The notes: generated from the sequence alone by a model not told the origin. A DNA stretch of 64,000 nucleotides from Dictyostelium discoideum (GCA_000004695.1 CM000151.3:8000001-8064000), one strand, 5' to 3'. Positions 32,835 to 45,896 are shown, counted from the stretch's first letter. Made by a program: numbers and translations.

Positions 32835-33990
32835 AATTATTACTAATATATTTATTAATATATTTATTATTTATTTTAATATTTTATAGGAAGGATTTGA
32901 TCATGTTACATTTTGGGTTGGTAATGCATTACAAGCAGCAACTTATTACATTGCTAGATTTGGATTTCAAAATTTAGCTTATAGTGGTTTAGAAACTGGT
33001 AATCGTCAATTCGCCACTCATGTTATCCATCAAAACAACATTATTATGGCTTTTACATCACCATTAACTGGTGACAACAAAGATTATGCAGACCACATGA
33101 TGAGACATGGTGATGGTGTCAAAGATATTGCTTTCAACGTTAAAGATGTACAACACATTTATGATGAAGCAGTTAAAGCAGGAGCTCAATCAGTTAAAGA
33201 ACCACATCAAATTAAAGACGAACATGGTATTGTTACATTAGCAACTATCATGAGTCCATATGGTGAAACTACACATACTTTTGTTGATAGATCTCAATAT
33301 AAAGGTGCATTCTTACCAGGTTTCACATACAAGGTCGCTTCAGATCCATTATCAAATATCACCGAACCAGTTGGCCTCAACTTAATAGATCATGTCGTTT
33401 CAAATCATGCAGATAAAATGATGGAACCAGTCGTTCAATGGTACGAAAAGGTTTTACAATTCCACCGTTTCTGGTCAGTTGATGACAAAACCATTCATAC
33501 CGAATATTCATCATTAAGATCAGTCGTAGTTGCTGATAAGTCTGAAAAAGTTAAATTACCAATTAATGAACCAGCCAATGGTATTAGAAAGAGTCAAATT
33601 CAAGAATACGTAGATTTCTACAATGGTGCTGGTGTTCAACATATCGCCTTAAAGACTGATAACATCATTGATGCTATCTCAAAATTAAGATCTCGTGGTG
33701 TCTCTTTCCTCACTGTTCCAAAAACATACTATACATCACTCAGAGAGAAATTACAACACTCTTCATTAGAAATTAAAGAAGATTTGGACACTTTAGAGAA
33801 ATTACACATTTTAATCGATTATGATGACAAAGGTTATCTTTTACAAATCTTTACAAATAATGTTGAAGATAAACCAACTGTTTTCTTTGAAATTATCCAA
33901 AGAAACAACCATGATGGTTTCGGTGCTGGTAACTTTAAATCCCTCTTTGAAGCAATCGAAAGACAACAAGAAACTCGTGGAAACTTATAG
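32217..33990 (+). CDS. hpd: 4-hydroxyphenylpyruvate dioxygenase; join(32217..32219,32890..33990)
   Basis: Exon 2 aligns along its full length with 4HPPD: EGFDHVTFWVGNALQAATYYIARFGFQNLAYSGLETGNRQFATHVI ... HGDGVKDIAFNV ... LQFHRFWSVDDKTIHTEYSSLRSVVVA ... QIQEYVDFYNGAGVQHIALKTDNI ... LLQIFT ... IQRNNHDGFGAGNFKSLFEAIE. The in-frame ORF is open upstream to an acceptor tatag at 32888-89. The only upstream ATG in splice context is aaacaATG|gtaagt at 32217, so exon 1 is just ATG (phase 0). The model gives 367 codons, consistent with the family length. Confidence 0.75.
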
Positions 33991-34297
33991 GTGTGTCTCA
34001 ATTACAAATGTTCTTTATTATTAACTAAATAACATTACAATATATCAAAATAAATAATAAATAAATACTCTATTTAAAAAGTAATTTTTTAATAGTAAAC
34101 AAATTAAAAAAAAAAAAAAAAACAAAAAATTATCTCCTTTAAACATTTTAATTTCTTCTTTATTTATAAACAATGTGTTACAAATTATTACAACCCCAAT
34201 TTCAACATATTATTGAATTATAAGTTGGATTGGACACTTTAGAGAAATTACACATTTTAATAAGTTATAATATTTTATTAATTATTTATTTGTTTAT

Positions 34298-35225
34298 TTA
34301 TAATAATTTAATGAAATCAAATGTTTGAACATCGTTAGTATTGGTTACAGATTTGAAAGTGATAACGATATTACCAGATTCAAATGACCATGACCAATGA
34401 GCGTTCAAGTTAGCATCATGTTTAATGACGATTGTATGATTTGTAGTTGCTTCTTGAACTGCTTCTAAGATCATTTCATCAGCACAACGTTTGGCAAGAT
34501 TAGCAGCGACCTTTTCGACGATACCAGCAAAGATATGACCAAAACTATTCTTTAAATCATCTGCAACTTTTGGATAAACAGTTTCTAATGATGATTCATC
34601 AATTGACCAATCTGATGATGATTTTAATGCTTTTTTAACTGCTGATAAATTATCTTTCATTTTTTGTTCATTTGTTTTAATATTTAAACGAGTCATTAAA
34701 GTATAAACACCTTGAGTTGGAATAATAGTCTCTAATTTGAATGTGTTAACATCATTTGTGTTACAAATCTTTGGACGGAATAAAACTCTACAATCACCAT
34801 TCTCAAATTGATATTTCCAATAGGATTCCAACTTTTCATCAGCACAAACAAAAACGAATTTCTTATTTGGAACAGCTGCTAAAAATGCTTCTTTAATTAA
34901 TGGATCTGCACCGACTTTTACCATATTCTTTGCAAGATTACCAACTACATCTTTGTAAAAGATACTTCCACAACTATTAGTAACCCATGAATCATTACAT
35001 TTAGTAATAATATCTTCAAAATCAAATTCAATTGAAAATGGTTCACCTAATGATTTTTCGATTGATGCTAAATTAGTTTTTAAAGATTCTTCATTATCTT
35101 TTAATGATTTTCTATAAATATTATAAATTTAATTATTAATTAATATTTATATTAATTATTAAATGGAATATAATTATTATTATTTTTATTATTTATATTT
35201 ACCTTGAGGTTAAGGCGAGAGGCAT
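34298..35225 (-). CDS. uncharacterised two-domain protein family, copy A (278 aa); join(35225..35203,35111..34298)
   Basis: Exon 1 is ATGCCTCTCGCCTTAACCTCAAG|gtaaat. Exon 2 follows the acceptor tatttatag and begins A AAA TCA TTA AAA GAT... Protein MPLALTSRKSLKDNEESLKTNLASIEKSLGEPFSIEFDFEDIITKCNDSW...TNTNDVQTFDFIKLL. Copy-specific residues DPLIKE, CRVLF, IIPTQG. Confidence 0.8.
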
Positions 35226-35894
35226 TTTAAAAGTTTTTTTTTTATTAATATTGAAATATTATTTAGTTTAAGGTTTTTGTTTTGAATTATTTGGTAATAA
35301 AAAAAAAAAAAAAAAAATATTCACATTTTTATACTTAAAAAATAGAAAAAAATTAGATTAAAAAAATCCAGAAATATTTAAAAATATTAAATAAAAAATA
35401 TAATTATGAATTTTAAGAATGTAATTGGAATAGTTTTTTTTTTTTTTTAAAAAAATATCTTGTTTTTTTGTTTTAAAAAAAAAAAAAATATTTTAATTTG
35501 TATTTTTTTATTTTTTTTTTTTTTTTTTGGATCGGGTATCTTTAAAAAAAAAAAAAATTGATAATAAGATAATTTTTAAATTTTAATTTATTTTGTTACG
35601 AAATGAATTAAATTCATTATATATATAAATGTGTATTTTTTTTTTTTTTATTATTTATTTTAATTATTTGAATATAATGAGTTTAAAATAAACTATGGTT
35701 TGCCATATCGAAGTTTATTAAAAAATAAAAAAAGACTTAAAAAATTAAATTTGAAAAATAATAAAAAATAATAACAATTCCGTCCATTCAATTAAAAAAA
35801 AAAAAAAGATATGAATAGATATAGATAATTTAAAAAACTAAATTAAAATGTGAAATTTTATTTTTAAATGATTAATTTAAATTATTTTCTTTTA

Positions 35895-36000
35895 TCTAGA
35901 AATTGTCCAAAGAAACAATCATGATGGTTTCGGTGGTTGTAACTATAAGTCTCTCTTTGAGAAAATCGAGGAAAGTTATAATAAATTACAATCATGGTCT
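35895..36000 (+). pseudogene. degenerate duplicated fragment of the hpd 3' end (last about 35 codons plus 3' flank continuing to about 36090)
   Basis: 35897-36090 (gaaattgtccaaagaaacaatcatgatggtttcggtggttgtaactataagtctctctttgag...aatactctatttaaaaataattttttaatagtaaac) is a diverged, frameshifted copy of hpd 33890-34090 (gaaattatccaaagaaacaaccatgatggtttcggtgctggtaactttaaatccctctttgaa...aatactctatttaaaaagtaattttttaatagtaaac). Confidence 0.8.
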
Positions 36001-36178
36001 CAATTACAAAAGTTCCTTATTATTGGTTGAATATCAATATAAATTAATACTCTATTTAAAAATAATTTTTTAATAGTAAACTAACAAAAAAAAAATCAAA
36101 AAACAATCACCTTTTTATACTTTTAATTTCTTCTTTATTTTTTAACAATGTGTTTAATAATATTAGTAGCTTTTTTAT

Positions 36179-37106
36179 TTATAATAATTTAATGAAATCA
36201 AATGTTTGAACATCGTTAGTATTGGTTACAGATTTGAAAGTGATAACGATATTACCAGATTCAAATGACCATGACCAATGAGCATTCAAGTTAGCATCAT
36301 GTTTAATTACGATTGTATGATTTGTAGTTGCTTCTTGAACTGCTTCTAAGATCATTTCATCAGCACAACGTTTGGCGAGATTTGCAGCGACCTTTTCGAC
36401 GATACCAGCAAAGATATGACCAAAACTATTCTTTAAGTCGTCAGCAACTTTTGGATAAACAGTTTCTAATGATGATTCATCAATTGACCAATCTGATGAT
36501 GATTTTAATGCTTTTTTAACTGCTGATAAATTATCTTTCATTTTTTGTTCATTTGTTTTAATATTTAAACGAGTCATTAAAGTATAAACACCTTGAGATG
36601 GAATGATTGTTTCTAATTTGAATGTGTTAACATCATTTGTGTTACAAATCTTTGGACGGAATAAAATTCTACAATCACCATTCTCAAATTGATATTTCCA
36701 ATAGGATTCCAACTTTTCATCAGCACAAACAAAAACGAATTTCTTATTTGGAACAGCTGCTAAAAATGCTTCTTTAACTAATGAATCTGCACCGACTTTT
36801 ACCATATTCTTTGCAAGATTACCAACTACATCTTTATAAAAGATACTTCCACAACTATTAGTAACCCATGAATCGTTACATTTAGTAATAATATCTTCAA
36901 AATCAAATTCAATTGAAAATGGTTCACCCAATGATTTTTCGATTGATGCTAAATTAGTTTTTAAAGATTCTTCATTATCTTTTAATGATTTTCTAAAAAT
37001 AAAATAAAATAAATTATTAATTAAAATTTATATTAATTATTAAATGAAGCATTATTATTATTATTTTTATTATTTATATTTACCTTGAGGTTAAGGCGAG
37101 AGGCAT
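36179..37106 (-). CDS. uncharacterised two-domain protein family, copy B; join(37106..37084,36992..36179)
   Basis: Same two-exon structure as copy A (exon 1 is 23 nt, donor gtaaat at 37083, acceptor ttttag at 36994-93). Residues DSLVKE, CRILF, IIPSQG. Confidence 0.8.
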
Positions 37107-37398
37107 TTTAAAAGTTTTTTTTTTATTAATATTAAAATATTATTTATTAGTTTAAGGTTTTTGTTTTGAATTATTTGATAATAAAAAAAAAAAAAAAAAA
37201 ATTTACATTTTTATACTTATGAAATTAGAAAAAAAATAGATTAAAATCCAGAAATATTTAAAAATATCAAAAAAAACAAATAAAATTATTAATTTTAAGA
37301 ATGTAATTGGAATGGTTTTATTTTTTTTTTACACTTATAAATTAGAAAAAAAATAGATTTGAAAATATCTAGATTTTTTTTTTTTTTTTTTTTTTTGG

Positions 37399-37429
<31 letters not shown>

Positions 37430-37542
37430 AATATCTTAATTTGTTTTATTTTTTTTTTTTTTTTTTTTTTTTTTGGGTTGGTGTGCTTTAAAAAAAACAA
37501 AAAATAACAATGAAAAAAATAAACTCTTTTTGGGTTGAGGTG

Positions 37543-37579
<37 letters not shown>

Positions 37580-37640
37580 TGAACAGATAATTTCAAACAC
37601 TAAATTAAAATATGAAATTTTATTTTTTAAATGTTTAATT

Positions 37641-38672
37641 TCAATTATTTCTTTTTTCTAAATTAATTTTAAATTCGTTTGGTTTAAAAGAGAAACCAAA
37701 TATAGGTTTATCACAAATCTTTGAATTTTCAATTAAAGGTAATAGCTTAAAGTTTAAAACAAGGTTTGAAAGTGAAATGTATAATTCATCTTGAGAGAAA
37801 CCCATACCAATACAATTTTTAACACCAATTCCATATGGAAAATAATTATTTGAATGAGAATCTTGATCAAGGAATCTCTCTGGTTTAAATTGGTCAGGTG
37901 AATCCCAATAGTTTTCATCTCTAAATATTGAATAAAGTGATTGAATGATTTGAGTACCTTTTGGAATTTTCAAAGATCCACCATTAATTTCAAATGATTG
38001 ATTTACTTGACGAGGTACACCAAATGGTACAGGTGGATATAATCTCAAAACTTCTTTTAAAGCTGCATTAAATAATGGTGTTTGATTTCTATTTGAAAGT
38101 TTAATCATCGCTGTTGTCGTTTCCAATGTTGATTTTAATTCATTATAAATTTTATCTTGATAATCAAGATTATTTACCATTGTTAAAATGAACCATTCAG
38201 CAGTACTTGAATTTGTTTCTGTGCCAGCTAAAATTAATTCATTTACCATTGGGATGATTGAACTTTGTTCTTCTTTACCACCAACTTTTCTATATTCAAT
38301 AATCAATGAATCCAAAACATCTCTTGCATTATTTAAATCAATTGATTCAGAATGTTCTAAATAATATTTTGTTAAAATCTTTTTCAAAGAATCTGCTGGA
38401 TGACCAAACATTTTTAAATATAAAAAATAGAATGGTTTTGTAAATATTAAATAATTTACAATTAATGTATCTGCTAAATAATCAAATAATTCTCTAATTG
38501 CTAATAAAACTTTTCCTTGTTCTTCATTTACACCTTCATAAATATTTTCAATACGTCTTGAAAATACATAATCAAAAATAATATTTGAATAAAAGTTCAT
38601 AAAATTTGATCTTGGTGAAAACTTTTAAAAAAAAAAAAAAAAAAAATTAATAAACCAAGTAATGTTTTTAAC

Positions 38673-38727
<55 letters not shown>

Positions 38728-39242
38728 GTACTACTTACAGATTGACCAGATTTTTCAATAAATTTCATATATGTAATTAAATCAATTGTTTCTTTTTCTA
38801 TTGAAGATGAAAGTGATTTAACTTTTCTACCAGTAAATGATTTCATTAAAATATCACGATGAAATTGCCAATAATTTTCATCGGCAGTGACAATACCTCT
38901 AAATCTATTTCCTATTACATTTGTTGATGGTGATTTAACTCTTGTATTTAATGATTCTGGATTCTTTAAATAAATTTCTTTCATTGTATTTGTATCATAA
39001 ATTGCCAATGTCAATTGATCACAAAACCAATATTTGATTATTTTACCATTGTTATCACCATCTTTATATAGTTTACTATCATTTTGAAATACTAAATGTG
39101 TATCATCTTTTAAATGTAATAATGAACCTACTAATGGTAATGCCAAGGGTCCTTTAAATTGTCTATTACTAAAATTTTTATATAAAAAATCAAAAATTAA
39201 ATAAAAAATTATTGAAATTATTAAAATAATTAAAATTGACAT
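37641..39242 (-). CDS. cytochrome P450 monooxygenase; join(39242..38739,38621..37641)
   Basis: N-terminal membrane anchor MSILIILIISIIFYLIFDF. Heme-binding signature FPYGIGVKNCIGMGFSQDE near the C-terminus. PERF-like KPERFLD. Donor GQS|gtaagt at 38738, acceptor ttttttaaaag at 38623-22. Exon 2 begins FSPRSNFMNFYS. About 494 aa. Confidence 0.8.
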
Positions 39243-39643
39243 TTTAATATGCTTTGGTATCTTATAAAAAATAAAAAAATAAAAAATAAAAAAAAAAAAC
39301 AAAAAAAAAAAAAAAAAAAAAGGTGAAAGAAAAAAAAAAAAAAATATCTAAACTACTGTAAAAAAAAAAAATAAAAAAAAAATAAAAATAAAATAAATCT
39401 TTTTTTGGTTAAAAAACTAATTTTAAACATTGTTATAAATCTAAAATTTTCCATATGGTAAATAAAAAAAAAAAAATAATAATAATTCAAAAAACAAATA
39501 TAAATTATAAAAGATTATAAAATTCTTAAAAATTAAAAATGTTTTTTTTTTTTTTTTTTTTTATTATTATATTATTATTTAAATAAATAGATATATTACA
39601 AATTTTTATTTTTTATATATTATTAATTAATTAATTAATTAAT

Positions 39644-42189
39644 TTATCTAATTAATTCAATTAAAGAATTTTGTTGAAATTTACCAAAATTTCTAGCATA
39701 ATTATCTAATTCTCTAATCAATAATGGTGAATTAATTCTAATTTTTTTTAAAGTTTCATTTTTTGTATTTAAAATTTTAAATAAATCGAAATCGATTTGA
39801 CTAATAGTATCCATACAAATTCTTTTTAATCTTTTAACCATGAAACCATCGGCAACTTGCATTAGAATACAAATATTATCAAATGAAGTTAAAGTTTCTT
39901 CAAAATTTAAAATATCTTCTTTCTTTAATTTTTGTTGATTTCCATCGATGTTATTTGTTGTTTTTGGAACATTTTTTAATAAAATTTCATTATTTGATAA
40001 AACCATTTGTTCCAAATGATATTCACAAAGATATTTTAAATCTTCAATCATGAATCTATCAGCCAAACAAAGTATATCTATAGCATTATCATCATTGATA
40101 ATCTCTTCATTATTACCATAGATATATTGAAGTAATAGTTTGAAAGTTTCTTTGGAAGAGATATCATTTTCATCTTTACCACTTACAATGAATTCCATTT
40201 GATCCTTCTCTTTGAATGAACATTCAAACATTGTTTTAAAATAAAGATTTCTTTGAGTTAAAATGAATTTATGAGCGTAAATTGAAGAGGTATCAGATTC
40301 TTTGATTTTGAATGAAATATCAGCTTTGGTTAATTCATCAACTGCTTGAATTAATTGTTTACTAAATTCTGAAGGTGGTATTTTCTCGGTGAGTCTTAAT
40401 CTATAGGTATAACGTTTACAAATGGCTGATAATCTTTCAATTCCCATCTTTTCAGCATATTTACCCAATTCAATTCTTAAATGTGGTGCAATCACTAAAT
40501 GATCAGTATATAAATATTGTAAAAAACCAATGAAAATTTGATATTTAACTGAATTGCCTAAATCAATAATTTTAATTTCTTCACCATTTTCATTAAATTC
40601 TTTTTCTTCTTCTTTTTCTTCTTCTTTTTCTTCCTTAGCCACAACAACTTGTTTATTATTTGAATATTGATTAATAAATCTTGATGAAAATAAAATTATT
40701 GAATATAATTTTTGGCAACGTGATTTTATAAATAATGAATGAGAATAAATTTTCTTATCTTGAACTTTAAATATTAAATCTGCATACTTCTTTTCATTAA
40801 TTAATGATTTATAATCATAAGCAAATGAAGTTACATCGGAACATCTTACAACGATTGTATGTTTTTCACCGGCTGTGATCGATGCAATTTCTTCACCAGA
40901 TAGAGAAGTGATTAATTGTGGTACCAATTGAAATCTTTTATTACCTAAACCCAATGCACCAGAACTACCCCAACCCCATTGATAAACTTCATTCTCATCA
41001 GTTACAACGATTGTATGTAAATGACCACATGCTACATTTTTAATTTTTTTAGTTTCTAATGATTTAACCACTATTGGTATTGAATATTTGAAATGATTAT
41101 CTCTTCCACCGAAATCCAAATGTTGAGTTTCTTCTGTGCTACCCAATTGACCATATTCTCCATGACCAAATGCATACAATAGACCTTGGACGCTTCTAAC
41201 CATAGTGAAATTGGAACCACATGCAACTTGAGCTATTCTTTCATTTAATTCTACAAACTGTTGAATTTTCTTTGGATGAAGGTAACTCTTTACATTACCA
41301 TGACCCAATTGACCGAAAACACCAAGTCCCCAACTATAAACTTCACCTTGATCGGTGATGGCACAAATATGTTGACGACCACATACAACACTAACAATGT
41401 TCACATCGATTAATGTTTTCACCAATTGTGGTGTAGAATGAAACCAACGATTACCTAAACCCAATTGACCCTTTTCATTGAATCCCCATGTATATAAACG
41501 ACCAGATTTAGTAACGGCTGCACTAAATGCCCAACCACCACTCACATCTACCACTTCCTCTGGTATATCTTGAATTTGCATTGGAATGGTTTGATTTAAA
41601 TCAATGATTTTACCCAAATGCTTACTCTTTGATTGTGCACTATTGGATGCTTCCTTATCTTCATCATCATCCTTTGGTTTTGTACCACCATTGGCATCGT
41701 ATGCCTTCTTTTCACCCGATAGATATTGTGAAACTGATGCCTCTATAATTCTTTGAGATGATAATCTTGGCATTTCAATTAAACCATTGGTTGATTGTAT
41801 ATCCAATGATGATTGTGACTCGTCTAATCGATGTAGTTGACCCCATTCATAAACTTTACCCATATCAGTCAATGCTAAACTATGAAAATTACCACATGCT
41901 ACCTTTATAATTCTTTCATGTTGTAAACTTTTAATCAATGTTGGTTTTGCTACAAACATTACTTTATCACTACCACCATACCCTTGACCAATACCTAATT
42001 GACCTTCTTTTGATCTACCCCATGAATAAACATCTCCAAATCTTGATACAGCCAATGAATGTGCTTCACCTGATACTGTTTGTATAATTCTTTTACCTAA
42101 TAATCCTTCAATAACTGTTGGTTCTAAACATTCTTTAATTGAATCATGTCCTAACTGCCCATTTTTTGATTGTCCAACACTTAAAACTA

Positions 42190-42225
<36 letters not shown>

Positions 42226-42304
42226 ATGATTAATATAATTTATGTTGAACATTCAGAAAATAGTAAAAATAAAAAAAATAAAAATAAAAAAACTTACCTG
42301 ACAT
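39644..42304 (-). CDS. RCC1-repeat + tandem BTB/POZ domain protein (RCBTB-like); join(42304..42298,42186..39644)
   Basis: The track ORF starts at a TTG. The reading frame continues upstream (SVGQSKNGQLGHDSIKECLEPTVIEGLLGKRIIQTVSGEAHSLAVSRFGDVYSWGRSKEGQLGIG...) to the acceptor ttattag at 42188-87. The only matching start is the 7-nt exon ATGTCAG|gtaagt at 42304..42298 (phase 1), which gives MSVLSVGQS... The N-terminal 450 aa carry repeated RCC1 blades (YSWG/YTWG/YEWG...GQLG). The C-terminal half has two BTB-like segments (ADLIFKVQDKKIYSHSLFIKSRCQKL...; SSIYAHKFILTQRNLYFKTMFECSFKE...). Confidence 0.75.
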
Positions 42305-43017
42305 TTTATTATTTTTATTTTAATATTATATTTATATTTATGTTTATATGTTTTTTATTTGTTTTGATAATTTTTAATAAATTTTTTTTTTTTTTTTTTT
42401 TTAACTTTATTTTTTTTTTTTGTAAAATTAAATTTAAAAAAATAAAATAAATTAAAAATTAAATTTTAGAATTCTATAGAAAGAATTTTTCCTTTTATAG
42501 TAAGTTTTTGTTTTTTTTATTTTTGTTGTTTTTATAAAAAAAAAAAGGTTTTTGTTTTATTATTATTTTTGTTTTTTTATTTTTATTTTTGTTTTTTTTT
42601 ATTATAAAAGAAAAATGGATTTGAAAATAAATATTTTAAAAAAATTAAAATTAATTTTATGAAAAAAAAAAAATATTGAGTATGAGTGAATTAATAATCA
42701 ATAATGAAAATAAAAAAAAAAAAAAAAACTAATTCGTCTTTCTTTTTAAATTAAAAAAAAAAAAATAAAAACCAATTATTTATTATTTTTTATTTTTATC
42801 TTTTTTTTATTATTTTTTTTATATCAAGTAAATTAAATTATTATACCAAGTAAATAAAATAATACCCCAATAAAATGATAAAGTTCTTCTCAATTTCAAA
42901 GAATGTACCTGTTTTTTATTGATAAAATTTGAAAAATTAAAAAAAAAAAAAATAAAATTAGAAAAAAAATATTTTTTTTAATTTTATTTTCATTTTTTTT
43001 TATTTAATTTTTTTTTT

Positions 43018-43058
<41 letters not shown>

Positions 43059-43661
43059 TAATTTTTCAAAAATTGAGATATTTATTTCGCATATGTTTTA
43101 GTAAAAATAAGCCAAAATTAGTTTTTGGGTTTTGTTGGCATTTGTTTGTTTTTTGAGTATTAATTACATTTTTTAGTTTGAATATTTTTTTATTATTATT
43201 ATTATTTTTATTTGTTATTTATTATTATTGTTATTATTATTATTTTTTTTTTTTTTTGAGTTTTTCATTTTTGTGTTGCAAAACACAAATAAAAAAACAT
43301 GTCACACACCCATTCAGTTTATAATAAAAAAAAAAAAAAAAAAAAAGAAAAAAAAAGAAAATAAAAAAAAGTGGGATTTTCATTTTTTTTTTTTTTTTTT
43401 TTTCAATCATTTATTTTTATTTTTGTCATCAACATATTAATATATAATTATTTTTAAATCTCGTTTTAATAATTCCCCACTTTTTTTGTTTTTTTTTTTT
43501 TTTGCATAATTAATTTTAATTTTTATTTTTTTTTTCTGTACATATAATTTATTAAAAAAAATAAAAATAAAAAATAAAAAATAAAAATATAAAATAAAAA
43601 AAAAAAAAAAAAAAAAAATAAAATAATATAAAATAAAAAAAAAAAAAAAAAAAAAAAAAAA

Positions 43662-45683
43662 ATGAAAGATATTTGGAAATCAGCAAGAAAAGGTGATTTA
43701 GCAAAGATTAAAAAGTATATACCAGGCACAAAATTTAAAGTTGATGAATTAGATAAAGAGAATAGATCAATTCTTCATCATGCGATTGATGGTGACCAAT
43801 TACAAATGGTAAATTATTTATTAGAACAAGGTGCAAATATAAATTTAAAAGATCCTAAATCTGGTGATACTGTATGTATTTAATAATTATAAATAAATAA
43901 AATATATTATTATTATTTTTTTTTTTTTCTAATAGAAAAACATATGTTAATTATTAATTATTATTTTTTATTTATAATTTAGCCAATTTTAATGTCATTA
44001 AAAAAAATTAATGCAATTGATAAACAAGAAGATATTGCAATTTTATTAGTTAATAAAGGTGCAGATTTAGATGTTGAATCAAGAGAGAGAAAGAATGTTG
44101 AAAGATATGTTGATGCATGTCCAAAACGTTTTCAAATAAAGTATAAAGATGCAATTACACAAAAGTTTAAAAATAAATATCCACCAAAGGCAATTGCACC
44201 AGCAAGTCCAGCTACTCAAGTTCTTTTAGCGCAAACTGCAGGTTTACCACCACCTTCACCAAAACCAAATCCACCACCACCACAACAGCAAGAAAACACT
44301 GCTACATCATCAATTATATCAACTGTCGAACCAAGACCATATGTAAATTCAAATGGTGAAACAGTTGTAAGATCAACTAATGAAATGGATTTAATTTTAC
44401 AAGAATCATTGTTAGGTGATGATTTTGATAAAGAACAAGATTTGAATATAATTTGGATGGAAGTTGCATTTAGAGCATCAATCGTTTCCATTAGGTCTGA
44501 GAAAGTTAGATATGACGATATCACCAAAGCCACCGATCAATGTGGTAATATTTTAATACATTTGCTATCAATCATTGGTAATTCAGAGACAACATCGTTC
44601 ATGGAGACTGTAAAGAATCAAGAAGCTGTAAACTCAATTCAAGAACGTGTTAAAAACGTTAAGGAGGGTATCAAACTCCGACTGTTCTCTAGAATTGATC
44701 ATTCTGAATTAATTAGATTAGTTGCAGCTTTAATTGGTTCATTACATTGGATTTACAATTGCTGGTCAGAGGTCCCACAAGACGATATCAATAGATCAAT
44801 TGCCGAATGTGCCTTGTCATGTCGTGTTGCAATGAATTCAGTTACAACTCATACACCATTCCAGTTGGGTGTTTTAACAAATATTGCAAAACTTTTAAAA
44901 AATATTTCAACTAAAGTTTTCATTACTCGTACTCCAGAGGATGCAAAGAAGTTATCAGATTCTTGTTTTGTTATCTCTTCAACTTTTAAATCATTAATGG
45001 TTCTATCGGTAGTGAATGATGTCAAACAAAAATCAGCTGAAAATATCATCTCATTAGGTCGTTCAATCGCCGAACAATTATCAATATTAAAATTACAATC
45101 AACTTCAATCTTACCTTCAAGAGTTGGTCAAAATTTATCATCAAAAGAAGAACGTGAGTTAAATGAATCTGCTTCAAATCAATTACGTTCATCAATTGAT
45201 TATTATATTTCAAATAATAAATCTGATACAACTACTACTACTACAACTACAACTACAACTACAAATAGTGAGAATAATAATATTACAGATTTAATTTCAT
45301 CACCAAAAAGATTACCAAAAGAAGATAAAACATTACCATTATTAGCAAATATTGAAAAATCAATTTCAATGTTAATGGGATTTACAACTGAAGATAGAAA
45401 TATTCAAATGGCAATTCCAGTTCATATGATTGCAAAGGATATTCATGAACTTAGAACTATATTATTAGAATACATTAAAGAACAATCTGATAGTTTATCT
45501 GAAGAATTTAAAGATCAAATTACAAATGCTATCAATTGTTCTGCTCATTTTTCAACTCAACAATTATTCTCTGTATCTGCTTTAATTTGTCATAATAGAA
45601 TTACTGATATCTCACAATTAGGTTATTCTTCTCGTAATATTGCTGCTTGTTGTTGTATTTTAATTGATTCATTCTGTTTTTAA
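43662..45683 (+). CDS. ankyrin-repeat protein with large C-terminal domain of unknown function; join(43662..43871,43983..45683)
   Basis: Exon 1 reads MKDIWKSARKGDLAKIKKYIPGTKFKVDELDKENRSILHHAIDGDQLQMVNYLLEQGANINLKDPKSGDT, then gtatgt at 43872. The acceptor aatttag at 43981-82 leads into PILMSLKKINAIDKQEDIAILLVNKGADLD, an ankyrin GDTP...A...G consensus that spans the junction. About 636 aa. Contains T11 and a Pro-rich linker. Confidence 0.7.
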
Positions 45684-45818
45684 AAAATAAATAAATAATA
45701 AATAAATAATAAATAAATAATAAATAAATAAATAAATAAAATTTGTAAAATAAAATATTAATTTATAATAAAATAAATCAATTTATTTTTTCCCTGAAAG
45801 TAAAATAAAATTAATTAA

Positions 45819-45843
45819 TTAATCTCGAAAATGAATTTTTAAG

Positions 45844-45896
<53 letters not shown>

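Larger units (their letters stand above)
33890..37600. repeat. tandem segmental duplication, two units of about 1.8-2.0 kb (unit 1 about 33890-35890, unit 2 about 35895-37600), each made of an hpd-3' segment, a family gene and its promoter module
   Basis: Copies A and B, their 3' flanks and promoter regions (for example aatccagaaatatttaaaaatat and ttttaagaatgtaattggaat in both) are collinear. The unit boundary is marked by the hpd 3' pseudo-fragment at 35895. Confidence 0.75.

Noticed and set aside
32660-32977. Track ORF MEMVHIKIHFDKKRKK... that crosses a T58 run
   Set aside because: It reads through a homopolymer tract inside the hpd intron. It has no splice context and no codon bias. It shares only the hpd exon-2 acceptor region at its end.
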